From NCBI GenBank assembly GCA_023253415.1, contig JALRGK010000036.1:1-37822 (forward strand): a stretch of DNA of 37,822 nucleotides, in the 5' to 3' direction. The translations under genes were made by a program, and so were the position numbers. Shown one piece after another: positions 19,781-28,787 of this stretch (position 1 is its first letter; each line of letters starts with the position of its first letter). The notes beneath the pieces are model-generated. The model worked only from the letters and a program-made list of their open reading frames with translations. It had not been told where the DNA came from and did not search any database. The DNA is from Rhodocyclaceae bacterium (GTDB lineage Bacteria; Pseudomonadota; Gammaproteobacteria; Burkholderiales; Rhodocyclaceae).

Positions 19781-20854
19781 ATGACCGTCAAAATCGCGAT
19801 TGACTGTATGGGTGGCGACCATGGGCCTAAGGTCACGGTCGCTGCTGCGCTTGCTTTTGCTGCGGAGTTTCCGGGCGCTGCGCTCTCACTGGTGGGTCAT
19901 GCCGACCGGTTGGAGGAGCGTCTGCGTCGTGCTGCGCCTGAAAAAGCGATCCGTGATCGCTTGACGGTGGTGCACGCCAGCGAAGTGGTGGCTATGGATG
20001 AGCCGCCTGCGCTGGCGCTCCGTAACAAAAAAGATTCATCGATGCGTGTGGCTATCAATCTGGTGAAATCCGGAGAGGTGGCTGCGTGTGTTTCCGCCGG
20101 CAATACCGGTGCGTTGATGGCGATATCACGCTTTGTGCTCAAAATGCTGCCGGGTATCGACCGGCCAGCTATCTGTACCGTGATTCCAACCATGACGGGA
20201 CAAACCCGTTTGCTGGATCTCGGCGCCAATGTGGATTGCACCTCAGAGCATTTGCTGCAATTTGGGGTGATGGGCTCTATTCTGACCAGTGCGGTTGAGC
20301 ACATTGCTGCGCCACGGGTCGGCCTGCTCAATATCGGTGAAGAAGATATCAAGGGCAATGAGGTCGTGAAGCAGGCTGCCGAGTTGCTGCGCGCCAGCGA
20401 CTTGAACTTTGTGGGCAATGTTGAAGGCGATGGTGTTTACAAAGGCGAAGCAGACGTGGTTGTTTGCGATGGCTTTGTTGGTAACGTGGCCCTCAAGGTT
20501 TCAGAAGGCCTAGCGCAAATGATGGGTCGGTTTCTGCGGGAAGAATTCAATCGGAATCTGCTGACACGTCTTGTTGCGCTCCTGGCGTTGCCGGTGCTCA
20601 GTCGATTCAAGAAGCGTCTCGATCATCGTCGCTATAACGGCGCAAGCCTATTAGGCCTCAAGGGTACTGTGATCAAGAGTCACGGTTCTGCGGATATGTT
20701 TGCGTTCACTCAGGCGATCAAACGCGCATACTACGAAGCGGAAAATGGTGTGATCGATAAAATTGCGCACCGAGTTTCCAGCTACACTGGTTTACAAACG
20801 GCAGCGTTGTTGAAAGAACCTGTCAAGGTTGATGCTGCAACGGGAGATGCCTGA
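19781..20854 (+). CDS. plsX: Phosphate acyltransferase PlsX
   Basis: [51 protein letters not shown]. Confidence 0.96.
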   Translation: MTVKIAIDCMGGDHGPKVTVAAALAFAAEFPGAALSLVGHADRLEERLRRAAPEKAIRDRLTVVHASEVVAMDEPPALALRNKKDSSMRVAINLVKSGEVAACVSAGNTGALMAISRFVLKMLPGIDRPAICTVIPTMTGQTRLLDLGANVDCTSEHLLQFGVMGSILTSAVEHIAAPRVGLLNIGEEDIKGNEVVKQAAELLRASDLNFVGNVEGDGVYKGEADVVVCDGFVGNVALKVSEGLAQMMGRFLREEFNRNLLTRLVALLALPVLSRFKKRLDHRRYNGASLLGLKGTVIKSHGSADMFAFTQAIKRAYYEAENGVIDKIAHRVSSYTGLQTAALLKEPVKVDAATGDA

Positions 20855-21828
20855 TGGCACAACGCATTTACGCCCAGCTGGCTGGCATCGGTAGTTATCT
20901 GCCGGGTGCGCCGATCAGCAATGAGGCATTGATACAAGCCAAGGGCCTGGATTCCAGTGATGAATGGATCGTTACGCGTACGGGTATCGCATCACGTCAT
21001 CATGCACCTGCAGGGGTGACCTCCAGCATGTTGGCCGAAGAGGCCGCGCGTCGCGCACTGGCAGATGCTGGTGTTGATGCCAAAGACATCGATCTGATCA
21101 TCGTTGCCACGTCAACGCCGGATATGATTTTTCCGAGCACTGCGTGTCTGATGCAGGGCAAGCTTGGCAACGTTGGTGCAACCGCTTTCGACGTGCAGGC
21201 GGTCTGTTCGGGTTTTGTGTACGCGATGACCATCGCTGAAAAATTTATTCGTTCCGGAAGCCACAAAACGGCACTGGTCGTTGGCGCTGAAGTGTTTTCC
21301 CGCATTATGGACTGGCAGGATCGCGGTACCTGTGTCCTGTTTGGTGATGGCGCGGGCGCAGTAGTTCTGAAAGCGGGCGATACCCCGGGCCTCATGGCGA
21401 CATCGTTGCATGCAGATGGTTCTCAGTCTGATATTCTGAATGTGCCGGGTCAGGTACATGGCGGTCAGGTGGTGGGTGACCCGTTCCTGCGCATGGACGG
21501 CCAGGCCGTTTTCAAGTTTGCCGTTCGTGCCTTGTCGGATAGTGCCATAGAGTGCTGCGAATCGGCCGGCATTACGCCGGATCAGATCGACTGGTTGGTC
21601 CCGCACCAAGCCAATGTGCGCATCATTGATGCCATCGGTAAGCGTTTATCACTGACATCGGACCGTGTCATCGTCACGGTCGATCATCATGGCAACACCT
21701 CGGCCGCTTCGGTACCGCTGGCGCTGGATGAGGCTGTTAAGGACGGACGGGTGAAGCGCGGACAAACGCTGATGTTGCAAGGTGTCGGTGGTGGTTTTAC
21801 CTGGGGCAGCGTCCTGCTCAAGTATTAA
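20854..21828 (+). CDS. fabH: Beta-ketoacyl-ACP synthase III
   Basis: [41 protein letters not shown] (Cys-His-Asn triad). Confidence 0.97.
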   Translation: MAQRIYAQLAGIGSYLPGAPISNEALIQAKGLDSSDEWIVTRTGIASRHHAPAGVTSSMLAEEAARRALADAGVDAKDIDLIIVATSTPDMIFPSTACLMQGKLGNVGATAFDVQAVCSGFVYAMTIAEKFIRSGSHKTALVVGAEVFSRIMDWQDRGTCVLFGDGAGAVVLKAGDTPGLMATSLHADGSQSDILNVPGQVHGGQVVGDPFLRMDGQAVFKFAVRALSDSAIECCESAGITPDQIDWLVPHQANVRIIDAIGKRLSLTSDRVIVTVDHHGNTSAASVPLALDEAVKDGRVKRGQTLMLQGVGGGFTWGSVLLKY

Positions 21829-21840
21829 TTGGAGAACTCT

Positions 21841-22767
21841 ATGTCGTTCGCTTTCGTATTTCCTGGTCAGGGCTCTCAATCTGTCGGCATGATGGCCGCT
21901 TATGGCGACTCGCCGATTGTCCGTGCTACGTTTGATGAAGCCTCGGCCGCGCTGGGCGAAGATTTGTGGACGATGGTTGCCGAAGGTCCGGCTGAAAAGC
22001 TGGCGCTCACGGTGAATACGCAACCGATCATGTTGACGTCCGGTGTCGCTACCTGGCGTTTGTGGGAAAGCCTCGGCGGTAAAACGCCCGCCGTTGTGGC
22101 GGGCCATAGCCTGGGCGAATATTCGGCACTTGTGGCAGCCGGTGCCCTGAAGCTGGCTGATGCTGTACCGCTGGTGCGCCTGCGTGCTGCCGCCATGCAG
22201 GAAGCTGTGCCAGCGGGTACGGGCGCCATGGCTGCCATTCTGGGTCTGGACGATGAGGGTATCGCTGCCGCATGTGCTGATGCGGCCCAAGGTGAAGTCG
22301 TGGAACCTGTCAACTTTAATGCGCCTGGCCAAACCGTGATTGCTGGCCACAAGGGTGCCGTCGAGCGTGCCTGTGAAGCCTGTAAGTCCCGCGGTGCCAA
22401 GCGCGCCGTGCTACTGCCGGTGTCGGCTCCGTTTCACTCGTCGCTGCTTAAGCCGGCGGCGGATCGTCTGGCTATTGCGCTGGCTGATATCGCGGTAGCT
22501 CCGCCATCGATCCCTGTGATCAATAACGTGGATGTTGCCATCGAAACGGATCCAGCCAAGATCAAAGACGCTCTGGTGCGCCAGGCCGCGAAGCCGGTGC
22601 GTTGGGTTGAGATCATCCAGAAGATGGCCGCGATGGGCGTTGCGACTGCCGCCGAATGCGGTCCGGGCAAGGTACTTGCCGGTCTGACCAAGCGTTGTGC
22701 CGATGGTATTACCGGTGTTGCCTTGGCAGATGCTGATTCGGTTAATGCCAATCTGACTTTAAGCTAA
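21841..22767 (+). CDS. fabD: Malonyl-CoA:ACP transacylase
   Basis: FVFPGQGSQ, GHSLGEYSAL, VSAPFHS. ATG 21841 follows GGAG. Confidence 0.97.
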   Translation: MSFAFVFPGQGSQSVGMMAAYGDSPIVRATFDEASAALGEDLWTMVAEGPAEKLALTVNTQPIMLTSGVATWRLWESLGGKTPAVVAGHSLGEYSALVAAGALKLADAVPLVRLRAAAMQEAVPAGTGAMAAILGLDDEGIAAACADAAQGEVVEPVNFNAPGQTVIAGHKGAVERACEACKSRGAKRAVLLPVSAPFHSSLLKPAADRLAIALADIAVAPPSIPVINNVDVAIETDPAKIKDALVRQAAKPVRWVEIIQKMAAMGVATAAECGPGKVLAGLTKRCADGITGVALADADSVNANLTLS

Positions 22768-22776
22768 GGAATCGAA

Positions 22777-23517
22777 ATGACTGCAACTGTTGCACTCGTC
22801 ACCGGCGCATCGCGCGGTATTGGCCGCGCCATTGCTATGGAGCTGACCCGTCAGGGCATGACCGTGATTGGCACGGCCACCAGTGAATCTGGCGCAGCCA
22901 GCATTACCGATGCCATTAAGGGCGCCGGTGGTGCAGGGTGGGGCGCGGCGCTGGATGTGCGTGATGCCGCTGGTGTTGATGCGCTCATCGCCGATATCGA
23001 AGCCAAAACCGGTTCATCCATCACCGTGCTGGTCAATAACGCGGGTATTACCCGTGATACCTTGGCCATGCGAATGAAAGATGAAGATTGGGACGATGTT
23101 CTAGATACCAACCTGAAGTCGGTATTCCGCATGTGCCGTGCAGTTATGCGCGGCATGATGAAGGCGCGCTCCGGCCGCATCGTCAACATTACTTCCGTTG
23201 TCGGTCATGCGGGTAACCCAGGACAGGCCAACTATTGTGCCGCGAAGGCCGGTGTGAGTGGGATGACCCGTTCTCTGGCGCGTGAACTGGGTAGCCGTGG
23301 CATTACCGTGAACTGTGTCGCCCCAGGTTTTATCGATACGGACATGACCAAGGCACTGGATGACACCCAGAAGGCCTCTTTGCTGGGTAATATTCCCCTG
23401 GGACGTCTCGGTACGCCGGAAGATATCGCTGCTGCGGTGGTTTTTTTAACCTCGCCGGCAGCATCCTACGTGACTGGGAGTACCATTCACGTTAATGGCG
23501 GGATGTACCTGCCTTAA
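22777..23517 (+). CDS. fabG: 3-oxoacyl-ACP reductase
   Basis: TGASRGIG, NNAGITRD, GQANYCAAK, VAPGFIDTDMT, VNGGM. Confidence 0.97.
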   Translation: MTATVALVTGASRGIGRAIAMELTRQGMTVIGTATSESGAASITDAIKGAGGAGWGAALDVRDAAGVDALIADIEAKTGSSITVLVNNAGITRDTLAMRMKDEDWDDVLDTNLKSVFRMCRAVMRGMMKARSGRIVNITSVVGHAGNPGQANYCAAKAGVSGMTRSLARELGSRGITVNCVAPGFIDTDMTKALDDTQKASLLGNIPLGRLGTPEDIAAAVVFLTSPAASYVTGSTIHVNGGMYLP

Positions 23518-23575
23518 CTTGTCTTAAGAAAATTTTGTTCTATCGTTCACGAAAACTTTGCGGTTGGCTGTGATT

Positions 23576-23584
23576 TGGTAGAAT
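23576..23584 (+). promoter_or_regulatory. Candidate extended -10 promoter (TGgTAGAAT) for acpP
   Basis: TGnTAGAAT 49 nt upstream of the acpP ATG in an AT-rich gap. An internal acpP promoter is known in proteobacterial fab clusters. Confidence 0.55.
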
Positions 23585-23633
23585 AGAGCCTGATTTTTCC
23601 ACCACCTCGAATAGAAGGGTAATAGGAGCTTCA

Positions 23634-23870
23634 ATGGATAACATCGAACAGCGCGTCAAAAAGATCGTAGCCGAACAACTCGGCGTCAACGAAGCAGACG
23701 TGAAGAATGAATCGTCGTTCGTGGATGATCTCGGCGCAGATTCGCTGGATACGGTTGAACTCGTGATGGCACTCGAAGAGGAATTCGAATGCGAAATTCC
23801 GGATGAAGATGCCGAGAAGATCACCACGGTTCAGCAAGCGATCGACTACGTCAAGTCGCACCAGAAGTAA
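23634..23870 (+). CDS. acpP: Acyl carrier protein
   Basis: [20 protein letters not shown]; RBS AGGAG. Confidence 0.98.
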   Translation: MDNIEQRVKKIVAEQLGVNEADVKNESSFVDDLGADSLDTVELVMALEEEFECEIPDEDAEKITTVQQAIDYVKSHQK

Positions 23871-23889
23871 TTTCGCTTGTTGCGTCATT

Positions 23890-23920
23890 GCGGCCGACGC
23901 GCTTTGTGTCGGCCGTATTT
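23890..23920 (+). terminator. Stem-loop after acpP (weak terminator or stabiliser)
   Basis: 11-bp stem GCGGCCGACGC-gcttt-GTGTCGGCCGT (two G-U pairs) followed by ATTTATAT. Confidence 0.6.
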
Positions 23921-23964
23921 ATATCAGCCCGCGGTTTTAAACCCGGGCCAGTGAAGGAGTTGGC

Positions 23965-25194
23965 ATGCGTCGTCGCGTCGTCGTCACAGGATTGGGCGTT
24001 ATCAGCCCGGTAGGTAACACCGTTACAGAAGCATGGGATAGCCTGCTTGCTGGTCGTAGTGGTATTACGGCAGTGACCCGTTTTGACGTCAGCACTTTTC
24101 CGACACGCATTGCAGGTGAGGTCAAAGGCTTTAACGTGGCGGATTATCTGCCTGCCAAAGACGCTCGTCGCATGGACACATTTATTCATTACGGTATGGC
24201 GGCTGGTATTCAGGCAGTCCGCGATGCCGGTCTGGGTGAGAACCCGGCAGATGCCGAACGGATTGGTGTGTGTATTGGTTCCGGTATTGGCGGCTTGCCG
24301 CTGATTGAAGACACCAAGGCGACCTATGATGCTGCGGGTGTCCGCAAGATTTCTCCGTTCTTTGTACCGGGTTCAATCATCAACATGATCTCCGGTAACC
24401 TGTCTATCATGTACGGTTTCAAGGGTCCGAATATTGCCCCGGTGACTGCATGTACAACAGGTCTGCACGCCATAGGTCTGGCCAGCCGTATGATTGAATA
24501 CGGCGATGCGGATGTGATGGTTGCCGGCGGTGCAGAATCGACGATTTCGCCGCTAGGCCTTGGTGGTTTCTGCGCAGCGCGTGCGTTGTCGGAACGTAAT
24601 GACGACCCAGCAACGGCGAGCCGTCCGTGGGATAAGGATCGTGATGGCTTCGTGCTGGGTGAGGGCGCTGGTGTCATGGTGCTTGAGGAGTACGAGCACG
24701 CCAAAGCACGTGGTGCAAAGATTTACGCTGAATTGAGCGGTTTTGGTATGAGTGGTGACGCGTATCACATGACGGCACCAGATACCGATGGGCCTAAGCG
24801 TAGCATGGCTGCTGCTCTTAAGAACGCGGGTGTCAACACCGATAACGTGCAGTACCTGAATGCACACGGTACATCGACACCACTGGGTGACAAGAATGAA
24901 ACAGAAGCCATCAAGCTGCTGTTTGGTGCTGATGCCAAGAAGCTGGTTGTCAACTCCACCAAGTCGATGACGGGTCACCTACTGGGTGGCGCGGGTGGCT
25001 TGGAATCGGTATTTACCGTACTGGCTGTTCATCACCAGGTTTCACCGCCGACTATTAACATCTTCAATCAGGATCCGGAGTGTGATCTGGATTACTGCGC
25101 CAACACTGCACGTGAGATGAAGATTGATATTGCATTGAAGAACAACTTCGGTTTTGGTGGCACCAATGGTTCATTGGTCTTCAAACGCTTCTGA
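23965..25194 (+). CDS. fabF: Beta-ketoacyl-ACP synthase II
   Basis: RRVVVTGLG, TACTTG, NAHGTST, KSMTGHLLG, NNFGFGGTN. Confidence 0.97.
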   Translation: MRRRVVVTGLGVISPVGNTVTEAWDSLLAGRSGITAVTRFDVSTFPTRIAGEVKGFNVADYLPAKDARRMDTFIHYGMAAGIQAVRDAGLGENPADAERIGVCIGSGIGGLPLIEDTKATYDAAGVRKISPFFVPGSIINMISGNLSIMYGFKGPNIAPVTACTTGLHAIGLASRMIEYGDADVMVAGGAESTISPLGLGGFCAARALSERNDDPATASRPWDKDRDGFVLGEGAGVMVLEEYEHAKARGAKIYAELSGFGMSGDAYHMTAPDTDGPKRSMAAALKNAGVNTDNVQYLNAHGTSTPLGDKNETEAIKLLFGADAKKLVVNSTKSMTGHLLGGAGGLESVFTVLAVHHQVSPPTINIFNQDPECDLDYCANTAREMKIDIALKNNFGFGGTNGSLVFKRF

Positions 25195-25199
25195 CGACT

Positions 25200-25664
25200 A
25201 TGATGCGCCGGTTTGAAGTCCGGCCTATACCCTCGCGCCGCCTTCGGGCGGCGTTGTTTTTACTGGGCTTATTGTCCATCCTTGCACTTGAACAGACCCG
25301 TCTGACGGGTTGGGTTTACGGACTGGCATTGGGTATGTTGCTGGTGCTCCTGGCGGTTGCCTGGCGCCACACGGTTCAGGCTGTAATGCCCCTATTGGTC
25401 TCCTTTCGGCCGTTAGAGGTAAGTCTCCTGCAGCCAAGCGGCGAGTGGGCTCCAGGCCGTTGCGTCAGCTTGAGTGTCTACCCGTGGTTGATTGTGCTCA
25501 AGGTTCGGCCCGTGCCGGATTTAGAACAGTCTGCGCCACGCCTGGTTCTATTGCTACCGGATAGCCTGCTTCCGGCGTCCGAGAAAAGTTGGCGTCAGAT
25601 TCTGGTTTGGGCCCAACAGATGCGTCGTCAGATCGGTTCCGGTCAGAAGCGGCTTTCAGCGTAA
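25200..25664 (+). CDS. YgfX/CptA-like inner membrane protein
   Basis: PSRRL followed by two TM helices, and C-terminal PWLIVL...LLLPDSL....WRQ.LV. Convergent on nadB, as recalled for YgfX-like genes. Confidence 0.6.
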   Translation: MMRRFEVRPIPSRRLRAALFLLGLLSILALEQTRLTGWVYGLALGMLLVLLAVAWRHTVQAVMPLLVSFRPLEVSLLQPSGEWAPGRCVSLSVYPWLIVLKVRPVPDLEQSAPRLVLLLPDSLLPASEKSWRQILVWAQQMRRQIGSGQKRLSA

Positions 25665-27272
25665 ACCAGCGCGTCGCCTTAGGACCGTGTTTCGAGGACG
25701 CTTTAAGCTATCCGGATAGTCACGGGAATAGTGAAGGCCACGGCTTTCTTTGCGACGCAATGCGGATTGCACAATCAGATCAGCCGTCTGAACAAGGTTC
25801 CGAAGCTCAAGCAAATCATGGCTGATGCGGAAGTTGGCGTAGAACTCGTCAATTTCACGGGTTAGCAAACGAATTCGGTGTTGTGCTCTGAGCAAACGTT
25901 TAGTCGTGCGCACAATTCCGACGTAATCCCACATAAAACGACGCAGCTCATCCCAGTTATGGGAAATTACAATTTCCTCATCGGCATCTGTGACGCGGCT
26001 TTCATCCCATGAAGGCAATGATTCAGGGGTTTCTTGCGGATTCTTAATCATGTCATCCGTGGCGGCCCTTGCATAAACCAGACACTCAAGTAAGGAGTTG
26101 GATGCTAGTCGATTGGCGCCATGGAGGCCGCTGCAGGTCACTTCTCCAGCGGCGTAGAGGCCGGGTAAGTCGGTCCGGCCATTTTGATCGACCATGACAC
26201 CCCCGCAGGTATAGTGGGCAGCAGGTACGACGGGAATAGGCTCTTTAGTAATGTCGATGCCGAGTTGACGACAACGTTCGTAAATGGTCGGAAAGTGTGT
26301 GCGGATAAACTCGGCGGACTGGTGGGAAATGTCAAGATAGACGCAATCCAGGCCATGTCGCTTCATTTCGGCATCGATCGCTCTTGCCACAATATCCCGT
26401 GGTGCCAGTTCGGCGCGTGGGTCATAGTCATCCATAAAACGGGTGCCGTCCGGTCGTTTCAGCAAACCGCCTTCACCGCGCACGGCCTCGCTAATCAGAA
26501 AGGATTTTTCCTGTGGGTGATACAGGCAGGTAGGATGGAACTGGATAAATTCCATATTGGCAATGCGGCAACCCGCCCGCCAGGCCATGGCGATACCATC
26601 CCCGGTCGAGGTGTCCGGATTGGTGGTGTATAGATAGACTTTACCCGCGCCCCCAGTGGCTAGTAGCGTTTGCCCTGAGGCCATGGTTTTAACGTGACCC
26701 GTCTGGCTATCCAGAACATAGGCCCCCAGACAGCGGTCTTTTTGCCCTAGGAGCTGCCGGCCTGTTTTACCGGCAGTGATGAGATCGACCACGATGTGGT
26801 GTTCCATCACGCAGATATTCGGGTGATTGCGGACTTGAGGGGTCAATGTGTCCTGAACGGCGGCGCCTGTGGCATCATCAACGTGGATTACACGCCGATG
26901 GCTGTGGCCACCTTCACGCGTAAGGTGGTACCGACCAGCTTCTCTCGTAAAAGGCACGCCGCGGTCAATCAGCCATTGAATGGCATCAGCTGCGTGTTCA
27001 ATAGCAAACCGCGTCGCAGCTGGGTCGTTTAAGTAGGCGCCAGCCGTGAGCGTATCCGCAATATGGTTTTCTACGGAGTCGGTGCTGTCGAGTACCGCAG
27101 CAATACCCCCTTGAGCCCAGCCGGAGGCGGAGTCAACAAGACGTCTCTTACTGACCAAACCGACAGCGAAGCCGGCGTCTGCCAGACACAACGCCGCACT
27201 CTGGCCGGCTAGGCCGCTACCGATAATTAGGACGTCAAAACGGTGCGTGTGAGGTAGAGGATTCTGTTTCAA
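25656..27272 (-). CDS. nadB: L-aspartate oxidase
   Basis: [72 protein letters not shown]. Start uncertain (TTG 27272 chosen; the ORF is open to 27320). Confidence 0.96.
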   Translation of the reverse strand: MKQNPLPHTHRFDVLIIGSGLAGQSAALCLADAGFAVGLVSKRRLVDSASGWAQGGIAAVLDSTDSVENHIADTLTAGAYLNDPAATRFAIEHAADAIQWLIDRGVPFTREAGRYHLTREGGHSHRRVIHVDDATGAAVQDTLTPQVRNHPNICVMEHHIVVDLITAGKTGRQLLGQKDRCLGAYVLDSQTGHVKTMASGQTLLATGGAGKVYLYTTNPDTSTGDGIAMAWRAGCRIANMEFIQFHPTCLYHPQEKSFLISEAVRGEGGLLKRPDGTRFMDDYDPRAELAPRDIVARAIDAEMKRHGLDCVYLDISHQSAEFIRTHFPTIYERCRQLGIDITKEPIPVVPAAHYTCGGVMVDQNGRTDLPGLYAAGEVTCSGLHGANRLASNSLLECLVYARAATDDMIKNPQETPESLPSWDESRVTDADEEIVISHNWDELRRFMWDYVGIVRTTKRLLRAQHRIRLLTREIDEFYANFRISHDLLELRNLVQTADLIVQSALRRKESRGLHYSRDYPDSLKRPRNTVLRRRAGLR

Positions 27273-27402
27273 CGTTTTTTTGGAGTAAGGCACGGCCAAA
27301 CTGGCGAAAAGGGCGATCACAACATAAACTATGTGCTCATTCTACAAGGTAAAACTGGAAGCAGAAATCAAACCGTCCCTAAACATTACCGACCCAACAA
27401 GC

Positions 27403-28002
27403 ATGGATATCGTTAAAGGTAAGGAAACCTGTGCCGAAGCGGAATTAGTGGCTGCCGCCAAGACAGGTGACCGGTATGCTTTTGAAGCGTTGATCCTGCC
27501 CCTGCAGAGCCGGTTATTGCGCTGGTTAACACGGCTCACCGGAGATAGGGCGGCCGCACAAGAGATCCTGCAGGAAAGCCTTTTCAAGGCCTTTGTGTCG
27601 CTATCGGGCTTCCGTGGCGAATCGAGTGTGGCAACCTGGTTGAGCCGCATCGCCAAAAACACCTATTTGACATGGCGTAAACAACAGGAACGCAGACCGG
27701 ATCAGGTTGTGCTTGACGATGATACGGTCGCGTCAGAGGAAAATTTATCGGACTGGCCATCTTGCGGCGAGAGTCCGGAATCCTATCTCTGGCAGCAGGA
27801 ATTGCGCGAGGGGTTGGCAGATGCGATTGCGGCCCTCCCTGAAACCTGGCGCCAGGCACTGACATTGCGCGAAGAAGAGGGCTTGAGTTATGACGAAATA
27901 GCCCAAATTCAAACAGTACCGATTGGCACAGTACGTTCACGGTTACACCGTGCGCGAGAGAGCCTGTCGCTTGCCCTGCACGATCTTATGGAGCATGTAT
28001 GA
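27403..28002 (+). CDS. rpoE: ECF sigma factor, RpoE (sigma-E/AlgU) positional ortholog, diverged
   Basis: ELV..A..GD..AF, FRGES...TWL.RI..NT (region 2), LREEEGLSYDEIA...PIGTVRSRLHRAR (region 4). Divergent from nadB and upstream of rseA/rseC/degP. ATG 27403 preferred over 27331. Confidence 0.85.
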   Translation: MDIVKGKETCAEAELVAAAKTGDRYAFEALILPLQSRLLRWLTRLTGDRAAAQEILQESLFKAFVSLSGFRGESSVATWLSRIAKNTYLTWRKQQERRPDQVVLDDDTVASEENLSDWPSCGESPESYLWQQELREGLADAIAALPETWRQALTLREEEGLSYDEIAQIQTVPIGTVRSRLHRARESLSLALHDLMEHV

Positions 28003-28262
28003 CTGACATGGAAAACTATATGATGTCTGAATCAGAGACCATGGTTTCCGCCTTTGTCGACGGGGAGGCCGATTGGGTCGTGGGGTTGTTTGCGCCCGGT
28101 CACGATGAGATCCGTCGTTTCCACGACTATCATCTGATCCGGGCAACGATGCGGGGCATGCCGATGTCTGCCAGCGCATCAGAGACGATTATCTGGCATC
28201 AGCAACAATTCGTTAAGCTGTGGGCACGTGTTGATGCTGCGCAGGAAGGTCAGAAGGATTGA
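27999..28262 (+). CDS. rseA: Anti-sigma-E factor RseA, N-terminal anti-sigma domain only
   Basis: VSAFVDGE and F.DYHLIR..MRG match the RseA_N motifs (LSAL.DGE; W..YHLI.D.LRG). ATGA overlap with the rpoE stop. 87 aa, no hydrophobic TM stretch. Confidence 0.8.
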   Translation: MTDMENYMMSESETMVSAFVDGEADWVVGLFAPGHDEIRRFHDYHLIRATMRGMPMSASASETIIWHQQQFVKLWARVDAAQEGQKD

Positions 28263-28283
28263 AATAGCGTAGGATGCGCACTT

Positions 28284-28757
28284 ATGGCAGAACGCGAAGC
28301 TCAAGTTATAGAAATTATTTCCGTACCCGTCTCCGAAGTGCCCGGGGTGGTTCGTCTGGCTTTTGAGGTTAACAGCGGTTGCGGCCGTTGTCATGAAACG
28401 GGCGGCTGTGGTGGTGTCAGTCTGGCACAACCCGTTTGTGGCAAACCTAAAACGCTGCTGGTGCCGGATCGTCTTGGACTACAGATTAATGATCGTGTGT
28501 TGGTCGAGGTGCCTGATGCCATGTTGTCGCGGGGCGCGACACGTGCGTATCTGATTCCTCTGATGTTGTTGTTTGCTGGTAGCCTGCTTGGTGGCGCATT
28601 GTTTCCCGTGTTGACACCGGCCCCCTGGCAAATCACAGCGGATATTGGTGCTATCGCCGGTGCTGGTGTGGGACTCATTGCTGCCTGGTGGCAATTGCAA
28701 CGGAGTCAGCATTCGGATGTGATACCGGTGCCTCATATTGTTCATCGCATTTCCTGA
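28284..28757 (+). CDS. rseC: RseC/MucC family (SoxR-reducing system) membrane protein
   Basis: SGCGRCHETGGCG Cys motif, D.VLVEVP, AYLIPL and two C-terminal TM helices. Confidence 0.88.
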   Translation: MAEREAQVIEIISVPVSEVPGVVRLAFEVNSGCGRCHETGGCGGVSLAQPVCGKPKTLLVPDRLGLQINDRVLVEVPDAMLSRGATRAYLIPLMLLFAGSLLGGALFPVLTPAPWQITADIGAIAGAGVGLIAAWWQLQRSQHSDVIPVPHIVHRIS

Positions 28758-28787
28758 CCCTAGCCTCCTGATCTATTGGAATTTTTT

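Noticed and set aside
19525-19836. 103-aa - strand ORF
   Set aside because: Antisense to rpmF and the plsX start.
27298-27356. Three AAACT motifs at 28- and 26-bp spacing between nadB and rpoE
   Set aside because: Too short and irregular, in an A-rich region, to distinguish from chance.
27999-28283. rseA as a frameshift pseudogene
   Set aside because: Only 21 bp lie between its stop and rseC, so there is no room for a TM or periplasmic remainder. The ORF is intact and coupled to rpoE, so it is kept as a CDS.
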